Below are positions 27,599-43,015 of a DNA stretch of 64,000 bases, one piece after another. Below the pieces are notes generated by a model. That model did not search any database. It was not told the origin of the DNA and saw only the letters and a program-made list of their open reading frames with translations. A program made the position numbers and the translations under genes. The stretch is from the human T2T-CHM13v2.0 reference genome, Homo sapiens, in assembly GCF_009914755.1 (NCBI RefSeq), contig NC_060942.1; one strand, written 5' to 3'. The stretch's first letter is position 1, and each line of letters begins with the position of its first letter.

Positions 27599-28629
27599 CA
27601 CGTTTTTGATCCTTTTAATTACAAACGTCCAACTTTCACTATTATGTGTTATCTTTTAAAGTTGTCTTCCAGGTAGTAATAGAAAGATAAAAATTAGAAG
27701 TAATAGAAAGATAAAAATTCCTCAGGAAAGTGTTATTGGATAATATTCTCAAAAAGTATAAAGAAAAACTACTTTTTATTGACTTCAGATTAAGGATATT
27801 ATGTATTTAGGTCTCTCTGTCTCCAACCCCCGTTGCCTCACATACACACACACCCTTCTGGCATCTTCAATTTTCTAATCATGCTACAATATGATTTTGA
27901 TTGGATCAATATTCAGTATTCAGTGTTCAATACTATGATCAATATGTAAAATCTCTTCACAGCTGAATCTTTGGACAATCCTCTTTCTGGAAGCTTGTTG
28001 GAGTCGCTTGCCCACACCAAGCTTTTGAGACTTTACAATTAACTTGCTATGGATCTAGTTTCATCCATAAGATTTATCAACAGGCAATTTCTTAATATAT
28101 ATACCTTTTAGCACTTGGAATTTTACTTTTTATAATTTTTTTCTCTTTGGGTTTTTTTAATTCTCTTTGTTTTTTTGGAACTTCTGTTAGTCATATGTTA
28201 AACCTCCTGCATTGGCCTGAAAAAGTCCACCTTTATTTGACATCTCTGTACTTTGGTTTCATTCTTCAGGATTTTTGCAACTTTATTTTTCAGTCCTTCC
28301 ACGGAGCTTTGCATTCTTGCTATCAAATTGTGATTTTTAAGAACCCTTGTTATTTTACTTTGTAAACTTTTTGTAGGTTTCTGCTACAAATTCAACAAAT
28401 AAGGACTGGATACCCTGTGCAATTATTGATATTTTTAATATCGAATATCATATATAAGATATTGATACATATTCAATCATGTCTTTCTAAGATATTATTG
28501 GTAAGTATCAGTAAATAAATATCAATAAATTTGCATTAATTACCTCTTTTTCTCTTTATTTTTCTCTCTCCTCCCTTTGCCACAAAATAGGTTTCTGGTT
28601 CTGAGGCAAATATATCAAATATCATGCCA

Positions 28630-30050
28630 AATAGATCAAGCATTGCAGAGGCACTGTGGTAGGAAAGGAAAGCCTATATCCAGAGTATGAGCTGATTTCA
28701 ATAAGGATAAACAACAATTTCCTCTGCGGTATAATCAACTTGCCACCAGGTTGTTGATAGATCTCTCCAAAACATATCGTCACGTCAACAGCTAAGTGTC
28801 AGTCAGTGCACTCTGCTGTGGTTAGTTGAGTATATTAGCCTAGGTGAGAGGGTCCCATGCTGCTGCACAGGTCTACAGTCTCTATTTCTGCCTCCAGTGC
28901 CACTCTGTTGTGGATTCATAGCATTCAGAGTCAGACAGGATCTGGCTGACCTCAATTGCAAAAGTCCTTCTTATACATGTTTGTTCAGCATCTCCATGAT
29001 GGGTGTTCTCTGATGGATTACAACATGAGACACAGAGGCTCCAAGATTTGTCCCTACTTTCACAAATCCACCCACATAGTATTTTCTAAGGCCCTTTATC
29101 ACTTGTATTCCAGTCCTGTTTCCTAGAGCCTGCTGAACAAACAGCCAAGCCATTTGCCACTTCCCAGCTTCCCAGATCCCATATGGGTCCTTACCTAAGG
29201 TGCTTACTCACTCCCTTTGAACAAAGAAGAGTACTGCTTAGAGCTCTACCGAATAATAGAATTTTTTTTTCAAGGTTGTTTCTTGAGATAATCTTTCAGT
29301 GGGGTTATGATATACTGTAGTTCATTTCCAGATAGTGTCAAGGCATCACACCAACAAATATGTGAAATTGGCTCAAACCATGGTGTCATTGACTTTGAAC
29401 CTCTGTAAATTGCTCATAAAGAACCCCTTGTGGTCCAGAAGAGAGTGAGGCATTCAGAGAGCAGAGGGAGCGGCCATGCATCCTGGGTCATTTGTCCATT
29501 TTAGTGTAATTTCTGGAACTCCTTTGGTCTGATCTTACATGTTTTTTTCTTGTTCAGAAAGCTGCTACTGTTTAAAGGAATCAACAGGTGAATCTGATAA
29601 AATTCATCTCACAATCAGTATCTCCAGTTACACACTCACTTGGAATCACGGTCAGGCACTCAGCCTCTAGGAGGGGCAGGAATAATTTTTTAAATGGTGA
29701 AAAATCTTCTGCAATGAGAATCTGCTTTGTGGGGTCGCCTACTGGGACCCAACAGAAACCTCATATGGAGTCCATCTTCACATGGACATCTATAGTCCTA
29801 ATATTTATAGTGCCATAAGATCAATTAGGCCAAATGGCTTGAATGTAAGGATAACTCGTGACAGTCTGGATCCCATGGGAGGCCCCACTCAATAGTGACA
29901 ACCATCTCAGAGCAGAATCTAATTCCGAAGTTTGATATATGATTGGGAGATTCCAACAGGTGACCAAACACTGCCTGTCTTCCTCACTGTCAGGAGGTGT
30001 GAAGAGCAGCAACAAGCCTTGTACCTTACCAGGTGTGTCCTAGGTGCATT
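28630..30050 (-). mobile_element. Degenerate ERVL/MaLR internal region (pol/integrase-like relic)
   Basis: 'tccagagtatgagctgatttcaataaggataaac...taatcaacttgccaccagg' is the reverse complement of the ERVL integrase-type W-Q-V-D-Y motif; no open frame; boundaries uncertain. Confidence 0.7.
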
Positions 30051-30493
30051 GGGCAACTGAACTCAAAAAGGAGCTGCTAGGGGGTAGGCTCAGGGTCTCC
30101 ATGAGGTCTTCTCCCAACTTTTGGAAGCAGGTGCTTGTTTCAGCATTCCAGGGATATCATCACCCCACTTTCTAGCAGCTATGGGGGTTTTATTGGCTTT
30201 AGACTGATGAGAAATAATCAACTCCAAACCAAATCTGAAGGACCATCCACTCCTGGTACCAACTGCCTGAGCCCAAGACTCTGAGGAAAATCCATCCTCA
30301 CCCACACGGAGAAGTGCAATGTCAGGGAAGGAGGGGTGAGGGAGAAGGAGAAGCAGTGAAGGAGGAAGAGAGGGCAAACACGAGGCACTGTGGTCTCATA
30401 GAAGTTGCTCAGAGAAAATTAAGAAAAGGCTTAGCATGTATTTTTGCTTGCCTGGGATAATTCACTTATATTACTGTCACAGTATAATTGTTA

Positions 30494-30871
<378 letters not shown>

Positions 30872-31912
30872 TTGTTCTATGAAATATAAGTGACTACATC
30901 TCAGAACAGTTCCTCAGGGACTGAAAGAAGGAGAATTCATCTGCCTGGCTTGTTTAGTTTTCTGACTTCCATTGGACAGAATCTGCTCACAGGAATTTCA
31001 CTCCTGTAGGCACCCAGACTGTATTTTCTGGCACCTCCGAGCAGCTTCTGGCAAGGTGGGACCACAGAGGCTTGTCTCTTGGCCGAGCTGTCTGGACAGA
31101 GTGCAGGCGAGGCAGCTGGTTCCCATCCAGCATGCTGTGCTTGCGGTTCCTCTGTCTCTCATTGGCATGAGCGGTCGCCTGGCTCTACGGCTGTGGTAGC
31201 AGTGTGTGTGACTGCTGAAGTCTTTCCTCCGTGAACAGAGCAAACCGCCAACGTTTGGGTGACGAGAAAATTGGGCATGACCACAGTCACAGCTCTAAGG
31301 TGGCTCAGGATCAGAATCTAGTACACCATGGCTTTAAGTGGCACCCATTAAGCAGTCTAGATGTCACGCAATGTTTACTAGTGACCACACATAATGAGAG
31401 CCCAGGAAGAGCTGACTGTAATGCAAACAGAAATTATGGAATATTTATATGATTGCAAAGCAATGGAGAGATTATACAACATTAAAATACTTTATAGTTA
31501 GTCTAATGAAGTTACTGATGAAAGAACTACTGGCAGATGTTGTATACAACAAGGACATGAAGATAAAACGATTAACCTTTTAAGGGAAAAAAAGGAAAAA
31601 GCAGGAGACAATAAAAAAATGTGGAGAAGAAAATGAAAATGATACAAAACCTCAATGGAGAAATTTGAAGAAATTAAACAAAAGAAAGTGGCATGCTTTC
31701 AGCCTCACTTTCCAAAATAGCATTTCTCTGATGTAATCTGGTCTTGAGAAATTCTTACAGTTTCAACGTGGATGTAGACAAGGACGAAGGAAGGATTTTT
31801 ATATCAGATGTGACTTTTGTTGAGTTCTAGGAAATGTAGATGTAGTTATATGGCTGGGTGTTAGGGAAGAATATTTCCATTTCTCCGTATAAAAATGACA
31901 TAGACTCCATGA

Positions 31913-32205
<293 letters not shown>

Positions 32206-33668
32206 GGAAATATCAGTTTTAAGCAGAAGATTTTAACTAATTTGTTTTCCCATTCTTTGCAAAGGGGAAATCGGAATATAGAAATTAACAGCAGAAGGTG
32301 AAATGTGGTTGTTCCCACTCACCTTGCAGTGGTATGTTTTCCGCAGTAAAAAGTGATCACATCTTGTTCTAGGTTTTTAACATGCAGTCTAATTCTCCCC
32401 TAAATTACAGTGATTTCTGCTTAAACCATTAAACTTTTTATCTGAATTACTCTAAAGCTTAGGCTTTGTCTACATATCCATGGGTCTAATAAAAAAGTTA
32501 GTCATCGAAGGTAAAGCAAACTTCGTTTTGGAAACTGCATTTATATTGAACTATATGGTGACTCTGATGTTGCAACAGTACCGTGGTAGAAAGAAAACCT
32601 TATGATTAATAGAGAAAGTTAGCTCCTGCTGCTGTCTGCCATTAGTAAACAATTTACTGGTTTAATTGTGCTCAGGCAATCACGGCCTTTTATCATACAT
32701 GCTCCATCCGCCCTAGGGAAGGTAACATGTATGGCTGAGACACCACGCTGTCAAGAAGTTCATGGGTTCATTCATTAACTCATTTTCTATTACAGAATGC
32801 AACGTTATTAATTAGAAACCAAAAGTGTATTTTGTTTTGAAGTTAAAAAAATTAAAGTAGTCAGGTAGTGGGAATTTTTTTTTCTTCAAAGTCAATATAT
32901 ATAATAGGGTTTCTCATTTAAAACAAAATAAATGATCTTGCACGAATCTTTTAAAAACTGAAGGAAGAAAAACAATGCTTAATTTTCCCTGGCACATAGT
33001 AAGTTGTCAAACAAGTCCTGCATTTCCCTTGTTTCTTGGGAGGTTTAAGGGGCGGGGGTCACTGCAGAGCATCCAGCTGAGGTGTGTTCATGGCAATATC
33101 TCAAATGTGCGCCTAATTCCAAGTGGTCAAATACATTCATGTACACATTTTCTTACAGGCATATAGTGGAAAGTTGGTGGCTTAATGAAGTTATATAGGA
33201 CAAAATTACAAAAATCTTAAGCTGATAATACAGTTGGGAATCAGAAACAACTGATTACAATTTGTAAATACTGGCTTTTCAGAATTGATTTATGTAAATC
33301 TTTAAATTTGGGGGCATGATCATAACGTTTACTGCTATAAATGCTACAAAAGTAATTGCAATTGATATATACTACTTCAGGAACAAGGTTTATGTAGGAC
33401 ATGTTTTATTCATTTTTCATTTTAATGTTTAATTAACATCCTTTGTTTTAATGGCATCGTAACTAATAGTACAATAAAAATGTGTTGAGAAATAGCATAA
33501 CTAGAAGTAGGAAATAATATAAATAAGTGTTAATAAGTAATAAAATAAATTTTGTTTATTCCTGAGAATTTACTTTGTAAAAATTTTTATATAAATTTTA
33601 CAAATATTTAAAGAAATTTGGAAATAATTTGAAAATACTTGACTCTGATGGAAACAAACAGATTTTTT

Positions 33669-33977
33669 GGTTGAGTGCAGTAGCTCATGTCTGGAATCCC
33701 AGCACTTTGGGAGGCAGAGGTGGAAGGATTACTTGAGGCCAGGAGTTCCAGAGTAGCCAGGGCGACCTATTGAGAGCCCGTCTCTACAAAAAATAAAATT
33801 AAAAAAAAATTAGCTGGGCATGGAGGTGCATACCTGTAGTCCCAACTACTCAGGCGGCCTCAGTGGTGGGATTATTTGAGCCCAGGAAGTCAAAGCTGCA
33901 GTGAGCCGTGAATGCCACTGCACTGTGGAGTGCCACTGCACTCCAGCCTGGACGACAGAGTGAAACTCTGTCTCAAA

Positions 33978-34022
<45 letters not shown>
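33669..34022 (+). mobile_element. AluJ with A-tail and (TA)n
   Basis: Dimer with an internal duplication of 'tgccactgcact'. Confidence 0.94.
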
Positions 34023-34025
<3 letters not shown>

Positions 34026-35579
34026 ACAATGCTTTATGAAAATTATTTTTTGCATCAAGCATATACTTCAGTGGTGAGTCCAAATAGAGTTTCAGTTTGG
34101 TAAGTCTGCTGACCACCAACGGAACTCCCTCTTGATTAAATAAACAAAGTCATCTCCCAGGGTGTTTTTAATGTGAATAATGACAAAATTTGCACTACAT
34201 TCTTTATTGATTTCTAATATTAAAACATGGAAATTTTATATTATCGTGTAGGCATGAGAAAAGTTGATTTAATGCATGCACTCCCTGAAATCAAATGCAG
34301 GCTCTCCGGATAGAGGTTAGAATGTTAGTTAGTGCTGAGCAGTATATGGCAATGCATACCACAAATTGTACAGTGATAGACACAGAAGAACAGGGAATTT
34401 TTGCCTTAGCAGGTAAAAGCTCTGGGCTTTGATTCTGCCTTTCTCTGGGAGCTGGAGGCCATATGCAGTAGGTAGATGTGGCCCTCTGCTGTAAGACCAT
34501 CATGGAACCACTGCCCATGTGCAAGGTGACATGCGCTGAGGTAACCATAGATAGGTCTAAAATTTAAGATAACTGGTAAACACATTGCCTCTGCTTCCCA
34601 GTGTGCTGGGGTTACAGGTGTGAGTCACCACGCCTGGCCAAACATATTTATAATAGCTGATTTAAAGTTTCTGTTTGCCATGCCTGACATCTGGGCACTC
34701 TCAAAGGCAGTTCCTGTTGCCTACTTTTATTTCCTATGTGAGTCATACATTTCTTTATTCCTGTGTGTGTGTGTCTATGTGTGTGTGCGTGTGTGTGTGT
34801 GTAGATGTGTGTAAACCACAATTTTAAAAAAACTGGACACTTTCAATAATATATTGTAGCAATTCTGGTTACTAATTTCCATTCCCCTTCCTCTAGTTTG
34901 TTGTTGTTTGCTTCTTTATTTGTTTAGTGCCTTGGCAAGACTCTTTGAGTGATGTGTATTCTCTGCAGTGTGCAGCCAATGTCATTGTTCATCAGATGGT
35001 GCAGCCTCGGACATTTTCATCCTCAGATGACAATGATTAGAGCAAGGCTCTTTCTCTCATCTCTGTGTTAATCCTTATGCCTCCATTGGTATTACACCTC
35101 GCTGTTAGCTTACACTAATTGTAGAATGATGTCCCATTGTTTTCAGCAACGTCCAGAGGTATAAATTGTCCTACAAGCGAATCCAATTAAATTCAGTTAT
35201 TTTTGCTCAGGTAGTCTTTAAGTCCAGTCTTTGAGGATTATTCCAACCAAGAAGGCACTGAGCGGTCTCTATCCCAGGCTCTGTCAGTTAAAAAACTAGC
35301 TGCTGTATGGTTTAGCTTGTTGCTCTCGGGGACCTAGCAATTTTATTGCTTACATCAAAATAACCATTGTTTATGACTGTGGCCATGGCCTTTGAACCTT
35401 CCTGTGTTCTCTTTCAAGTAAAGGCAGTTCCTCTGAGGTCAGCAAGGAATCTTGGAATGTTTATGGGCTACCACTGTGGCTATGTAAAACCTCAGAACTC
35501 TGCTCCAGAGCTGGGGGCAGGGACAGTACCTGCAGGCTTCTCTCTTGCCTCACTCATCAGGTATGAACAGTTCTCCTCA

Positions 35580-35999
<420 letters not shown>

Positions 36000-36365
36000 C
36001 TAAAGTATGAACTGATTAGAGGAAGGGAGCCCAAAATCTTTCAGCCACTCTTACCTGAGGAGCTTCTGCAACACAGAATTTGGCAGGATACAAATGCTGC
36101 TTACCTGCCCTCCTGCAGAGATTTTATAGCTGGAGCGTGGGAGCCGGGGTAAGATGGAGCCCTGTGTTTTTGGCTACACGTGTCTGGAACACAGCTTCCT
36201 GTCAACTCTGCTTGGGGGGAGGGAAAAAGAAAGGAGGTTGTGGATAAATTGCCAGAGGTTCTTGCTGTTACCTACAACCATTTAGTGACGTTCTAGAATA
36301 AATGTTTCTTCACTTGTTGTATGCCCCTTTGGATAATTTCCAGAGACTTACAAGGTGCTTAAATC

Positions 36366-36616
36366 TGTAGTTGCCAGGGCTCTTCAGAGAAACAGGGCCA
36401 ATGGAATGTGTGTATGTATACAGTCTGCCCTCCATGTTGGTAGGTTCTGCACCTGTGGATTCAACCCACCGTGGGCATGTTTGATCCAAGGTTGCTTGAA
36501 TTCTTGCATGAGGAACTCTTGGATAAGAAGGGCCAACTGTCAGGGACTTGATTATCTGCAGATTTTGGTAATCGCAAGAGATGCTGAAGTCCCGTCCCAC
36601 GGATACCAAAGGATGA

Positions 36617-36663
<47 letters not shown>

Positions 36664-36861
36664 GGGGGCGGGGGTTGATTTCTGAGAGAGAGAGAGAGAG
36701 AGAGAGATTAAGGAATCGGATCATATGATAGTGGACGCTAGCAAGTCCAAAATCTGCAGAACAAGTTGGCAGGCTGGAAACCCAGAAAACGGTTTTCCTT
36801 CAAGTCTAAAGGCCATTTGCTGGTAGGCTGGTAGAATTCTTTCCCCCTCTGGAGAGGTCAG

Positions 36862-36902
<41 letters not shown>

Positions 36903-37080
36903 GGGCCTTCAGCTGATTGGATGAGGCCCACCATATTATAGAGGGTAATCTGCTTTACTCAGTCGTCTACTGATCTAAATGTTAAGTGTGTCTAAGAAGT
37001 ATATTCAAAGGAGCATCTAGAATAATGTTTGACCAAATATCCGGATGCTGTGGCCTTGTCAAGTTCACACATAAAGTCAT
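36366..37080 (-). mobile_element. ERVL LTR MLT2, containing (TG)n, (GA)n and (TTA)n microsatellites
   Basis: 'agggctcttcagagaaacagggccaatgga', 'ggccttcagctgattggatgaggcccacc...gagggtaatctgcttt', 'tagaataatgtttgaccaaatatc'. Confidence 0.9.
36421..36620. mobile_element. Internally deleted MER2-like Tigger element nested in MLT2
   Basis: TIR-like ends 'ta-cagtctgccctccatgttggtaggttctgcacctgtggattcaacc' and 'cccacggataccaaaggatga'. Confidence 0.75.
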
Positions 37081-37384
37081 TTGATGTACATTTGTACATA
37101 TACATATAAACACACATACAATTTTCACCAGATAGTTTCTTCACTCACATATTTGGCACCTTGGCAGAGATGGCTAGAACCGCAGGGGATGAGCTGCTTC
37201 CCCATAATCTGTCTATGTGGCTAGTTTGAACTTCCTCAAGGCATGACTGTGCTGGTACAGTTGGGATCCTTCCATGGCATTCGCCTGTGGTGAACTTTCC
37301 ATGAAAAAGAAAGTAGAAGTGGCCAATCATCTTGGAGACTGGGTCCACAGTCAGCCCAGTGTAATTTCTGCCGCATTCTCCCAT

Positions 37385-37545
37385 TTTCTTAAATTTTTAA
37401 TTTTTGTGGGTACATGGTAGGTGTATATATTTATGGGACACAAGGGATGTTTTGATACAGGCAAGCAATGTGAAATAAGCACATCACGGAGAATGGGGTA
37501 TCCATCCCCCAAAACATTTATCAGTTGTGTTACAAACAATTTGAC
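37385..37545 (-). mobile_element. L1MA 3' end fragment inserted into an old MLT1-like LTR (~37190-37630)
   Basis: 'ttttaatttttgtgggtacatggtaggtgtatatatttatggg'. Confidence 0.85.
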
Positions 37546-39888
37546 AGCACAACAAGATGTCCCACTATCTTGGTCAACAAGCTAGCTTAGATTCAGGGCC
37601 TGGAGGAACAGGCCTCACCTATCATTGTGGGAATAATATGAGCATGCTCTAAAGACAAGCTACCACAGAGGTTTCCTGAAAAATACAAGCAACGATGCCA
37701 GTTCATTTCGGAAAAAAAAAAAAAGCAAGATTAATAAATTTGCTTCAACAAGCAGAAATAACCTATGTTTAAATAGAATGTGATACCTGCATTTGGCAGC
37801 CAGATTAAACACATCTGACATATATTTTTCCTTTTTGTCTTCTTTGCTAGCTACAGAATCTAGCCATGGTAGAAATTCAGAAAGGAAATTCAAAGCTAAT
37901 GGTATCATGCACTGAAATAGACAAATAAATCTCCAATGGTCACAACCCCTTCCACTAGCACATCTTTATTATTTATGCAGAAGTAGCCACTTTCCTTTAA
38001 AATGATCCCTGGCCATTTACATTCCTTAGTCCAAGCATAAGAATTGGTTCTTTAGTCAAGCAAGCCATCTCTGCACCGAAGCAGCAGGTGGTGACCAGAA
38101 TAGGTGACTGCCATTTGCAGTGTTGGCTGACATTTCGAGAGCACGGGAGTAGAAACCAAACCTAAAAGAGATTTTAGAGGAGTCATGTTATACAACTTCC
38201 ACTGAGACATTTCCTGACACCACACTGGAAAGAGCAGCAGGTCCTTTGTTCCTCAATACGCAGCAGGGCGTATTATGTTCATCATTTCCAATGGCAGGTG
38301 ACAAGCCTTTTTGTGTGTGGAGATATATGGTGCTATATTTACCTCTGAAAAGGGCCTGTGAACAGCTGCAAGACCTGTGACACCTAGTCATTGCATATTC
38401 AAGTTTTATAATTACTGAACATTTTTCTTATAATGAGTAGCCGACCAAAGTGGATTGACTCTCTCCCCCACATACACTCCCTTCTATTATTTATTTCTCT
38501 TACGAATCCTTTCACACTTTTGAAGAGTGTAAAATTAGCTAGCTAGGTTCATTTATGAAATCCCTGGGAGATATATTTTTACAGTGCAACAAGATTTTTA
38601 ACAATCTCTTTAAGTAAGAAAAAGAAATTAAATCCATGTTCATGCGGGTGATGCCACAGATGTGGTTGAAGCTGAAATCCAGGGACTCATTTCACTATAC
38701 CACATTTCCCAACCACCTAGGCATTCATCATTCCATAAGCTTCAATCACTCGAAATCACATTTTAAAGAGAAAGGGACCCCAAAGTGTAATTGTTGGAAA
38801 TGAGCAAACTTGTTTTCATTGAAACTCTGGCATTGATGAGACGTGACATCTTGGACTTATCATCTGTCTCAGCTTCTTCTGCCACAAAATGGATAATTTG
38901 GATTATCCATTATCCAAATTGGATCTCTCAGTGGTAGGGACAATACCTATAAATCACTGGGGACACATTATGGATGTTCATTAATTAATATTTCACTATT
39001 TAGGATAGAAATTTTTCTACTTTTCCAACTTTTGATGTATTAATGCCTCCAAGTGCTTGATAACACTGTGATATTTCTCAAGCTTATTAATACTTCTTGA
39101 AGTAATATATAAATGAATAATGTACTAAATACTTTTCACTGCCATTTTAATTTTTTTATTTCGTATTAGAAATTGGAAACTATAAATATACACTCAGGTA
39201 ATACAGCTTTCAGTATGAAAATTACACTGGATCTAGACCACCATCTATGCCACCTTTTTTTCTATTGAAATCACTGTTTTTTAGAATGCAGGGCTTTCTC
39301 TATTTGTACAAATACACAGTCCTTGTTTCACCTGCACAGTGTTGCTCTGGGCCCTGGAGGCTGTCCCCTTCCACAGCTGGCTCCTGGTTGGATGGGGTGG
39401 CAGGAGAAGACAGAGGACGAGGTCTTTCTCCATGGCTCTCTCAGCTCCTGTCATGCTGCTGAGTCAGGAGCTGTGTCTTTCTCCAGGGACTCCTCTTCTC
39501 CTCTATTCCAGCACTGCATTTACATCCCACAACTTCCCTGCTTTGACTGTTTGTATTTCATATGATTTTATGTGTCATAGAGTATTAGTTTTCTGTGTAT
39601 TTTTCAACCATTAACTATATAAGTAACATTTTTAGCTCCCAGCCCACATTAAAACAGTTGGTGGGCTTATTTGGCTTGTGGGTGTTCGTTTACTATTGCA
39701 TGAACTGAAAAAAAAAAAACGGATGAAATATAAGGTTCTATGAGTCCACAATAATACGATAGAGCTAGAAAGTAAGAGGTCAAAGAAATAAAAACGAAAG
39801 AAAGAGTGAACAACTCTTCTTTATAGGAGAATACCTGTTAATAATATAGAAAGATTTATTAACCTGGAAAGCCACATTGCCAATCCCC

Positions 39889-40245
39889 TGTCTTACTGAG
39901 TTCATTAGATCTGCTGTAACAGAACATCGTAAACTAGGTGGCTTTTAAACGAGAGAAATTTGTTCCTTACTGTTCTGGAGGCTGGGACGTTTGAGATCAA
40001 AGTGTCAGTAGATTTGGAGTCTGGTGATGCCCCATTTTCTGATTCTCTCTGTGTCCTCATGTAGTGCAAGAGATAAATGAGATCTCTTCGGTTTATTTGA
40101 TGAGGGCACTAAACCCATTTATAAAGACCCCACACTGAAGAACTAATCACCTCCCCAAGGCCTTACTCCTCATACCATCACCATGGGGAACAGGATTTTA
40201 ACACGTCAATTTGGGTGGGAGGGTACAGAGATTCAGACCATGGCA
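39889..40245 (-). mobile_element. MaLR solo LTR (MLT1A/B-like)
   Basis: 'ctgctgtaacagaacatcgtaaactaggtggct...gttctggaggctggga' ... 'attcagaccatggca'. Confidence 0.85.
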
Positions 40246-40449
40246 ACCCCAGATTAATAACTGAATCCATTCAGAATCATCATTGAATGTCAGACACATC
40301 CATACAATGTATTTGTATCATCTCCAAGTATCACGCACAGTATCACTTATAATTATGAAATAATAAATTTACCTTTAAAATAGATCTGGTGATTAAGCAA
40401 GTGATCAAGCTTAGCAAAAGCAAGACAACCTGATATTATTTACTTTGTA

Positions 40450-40761
40450 GGCTGGGTGCGATGACTCATGCCTGTTATCCCAGCATTTGGGGAGGCCGAG
40501 GAGGGTGGATCACCTGAGGTCAGGAGTTCAAGACCAGCCTGGCCAACATGGTGTAACCCTGTCTCTACTAAAAATAGAAAATTTAGCTGGGCATGGTGGC
40601 TGTAGTCACAACTACTCAAGAAGCTGAGGCAGGAGAATTGCTTGAACATGTGAGGTGGAGATTGCAGGGAGCTGAGATTGTACCACTGCACTCCAGCCTG
40701 GGTGACAGGGTGACAGAGGAAGACTCCATCTCAAACAAAAACAAAACAAAACAAAAAAAAA
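40450..40761 (+). mobile_element. AluSx-like
   Basis: Full dimer; TSD-like t(a/g)ctttgta. Confidence 0.95.
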
Positions 40762-41559
40762 GTGCTTTGTAATGAGAATAATTACTATTACCTGTGAAGC
40801 TTCCTTGCCAAAAGCAACAACAAAAAAAGTTTAACTAAATCTAATAATCATGTGGAAACACTAAGAAAAACATTCTGAAAACACTGCCTTGGAATATTTT
40901 TAAAAGTCAGCTGTAAAAGACCAAAAAACTTTGCAGGATGCTTCCAGATTAAGGAAAAATGAAAGGATGATGATCAAATGCTATTTCTGAACATTGATTA
41001 GATTTCCTTTGAAAATGAGCAGATACAGTTATTTTTGAGGAAAAATAAATTTAAATTTAAATATGGACAACATATTAGGTAATATAATTAAATTAATATT
41101 TTGTATCTTGGATATTATAAAGGTATTGTTTTTATGTTAGAAAATGTTCTTATTCTTAGGCAAAACTTTATTAAGTTGTTCAGTGCTGGAATATCTACAA
41201 GTTCCTTTTTTTTAGGTGAATAATTAATATTTCAGCTTTATTTGCAGGTTTTTTTTTTGCTACTATCAGCTTTTGAAATTTAAATATATATCTCCACTGC
41301 ACACTCCAAGCATCTCCCCAAAATAAACCCGCAAACTGATGATAAATATTTTGACAGATAAACGTTTTGGGTGTGCAGTGAATATCTCCACTGCACACTC
41401 CCAGCACACCCCTGAAAAACCCCACAAATTAATGATACATATTTTGGCAAAAAAAAAAGAACTCCCATCCTGGGCTTTTGCTAATATTCAATATTTTAAA
41501 CTCTTTTTGTATTAGTTCAACCTCTAGCTCAAGCCTCTTATTAGTTACTTGGGGTGTGG

Positions 41560-42030
41560 CTTTTTAAATTTTTTTATCTTTTTAATTCCAATAGTTTTGG
41601 GGGTGCAGGTGGTTTTTGGTTACATGGTAAGTTCTTTAATGGTAATTTCTGATATTTTAGTGCACCTGCCACCCTAGCAGTGTACACTGTACCCAATATA
41701 TAGTCTTTTATCCCTCACCTCACCTCATTCCCAACCTCCCCTTGCTGAGTGCCTAAAGTCGACTACACAGCTTTTAATGGTTTTGCATCCTCATAGCTTA
41801 GCTCCCACTTAGAGAACTAATAGTATTTGGTTTTCTGTTCCTGAGTTACTTCACTTAGAATAATGGCCTCCACCCACCCAAGTTACTGCAAAAGACATTA
41901 TTTTGTTCCTTTGTATGGCTGAGCAATATTCCATGGTGTATGTATACCACGTTTTCTTCATGCACTCATTGGCCGACGGGCACTTAGGTTGGTTCCATGT
42001 CTTTGCAGTTGTGAATTGTGCTGCATGTGT
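41560..42030 (-). mobile_element. L1PB-like 3' end
   Basis: 'caatagttttgggggtgcaggtggtttttggttacatgg...ctgagttacttcacttagaataatgg'. Confidence 0.88.
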
Positions 42031-43015
42031 CTTTTGCAGGCTCAACGACAACACAAGAGCAGGACAGAGACGGAGTAATTTGAATATGTTCATCATTCAA
42101 AAATTAAATAACATGCACATTTGAACTTAGTACTAATTATTCTCTTGAACATCGGAGCTTAACACATTCATTACATAGAAGTGGGTTAAGTTTGTTATCA
42201 GAACACAGGGTTTCGCTTCTGGCTGTGCCACTTTTGAGCGTTGTGACCTTGAGAAAGTTGCCATACCTATAAAAGGATTATAGCACAATCCTTAGACTGG
42301 GAATGATGATGGCAGTTTTGAAATATTAAATAACACTAATGCTTATATATCACTCAGCACTGCATTTTGTACACAGTAAGCACTCACTTGATATTAAACT
42401 GTTGCTTACATACTAATCAACTGTGTATCTGGTTTTATTATCTATATAGACCTGTTATGTTCCAAGCACTTTGAAGGGCATGAGAATACAATGCTGCGTA
42501 AGATACAAAACCCTGATGTTATCACAGAGCTTACAGTAAGATCGGAAGGACAGACAACCAAATAAGAAATTATAATTCAGATTATGAAGTACCATAGCCT
42601 AGTAGTAAAGGACACAGTACAATTTTACAGCAGAGTCATCAGACTTAACCTAAATGTATCAAGAAAGAAGCCAATATGAAGAGACCTTAACAAGGGAATC
42701 TGAAGGACCAGTGGAAGAGTGGACATTATCTGAGCATGAAAGAAATGTGTGTTCATGGAGACAGTATACATGTCTATATTTATGACAGGGCACTTTTTCA
42801 AAAACTGTAAAATTCAGAAAGCAGGGATATATAATATGGTTAAATAAATGATAACAAATATGTCTGGGCCAGTTTTAACATCTTAAGACTAAATTATAAT
42901 ATTTTACCTCTACAGCAGTAAACAGCGTAAGTGCAGTAAAGTACTACATGATCAAGAAAGTAAAGTTTAAAAATTATAATAAAATAAAGAGCATTCCTGC
43001 CATTAACAATTATTA

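Noticed and set aside
30972-31452. Cluster of overlapping 73-81 aa ORFs as a gene
   Set aside because: Non-ATG starts on both strands, explained by locally higher GC; kept only as a speculative exon.
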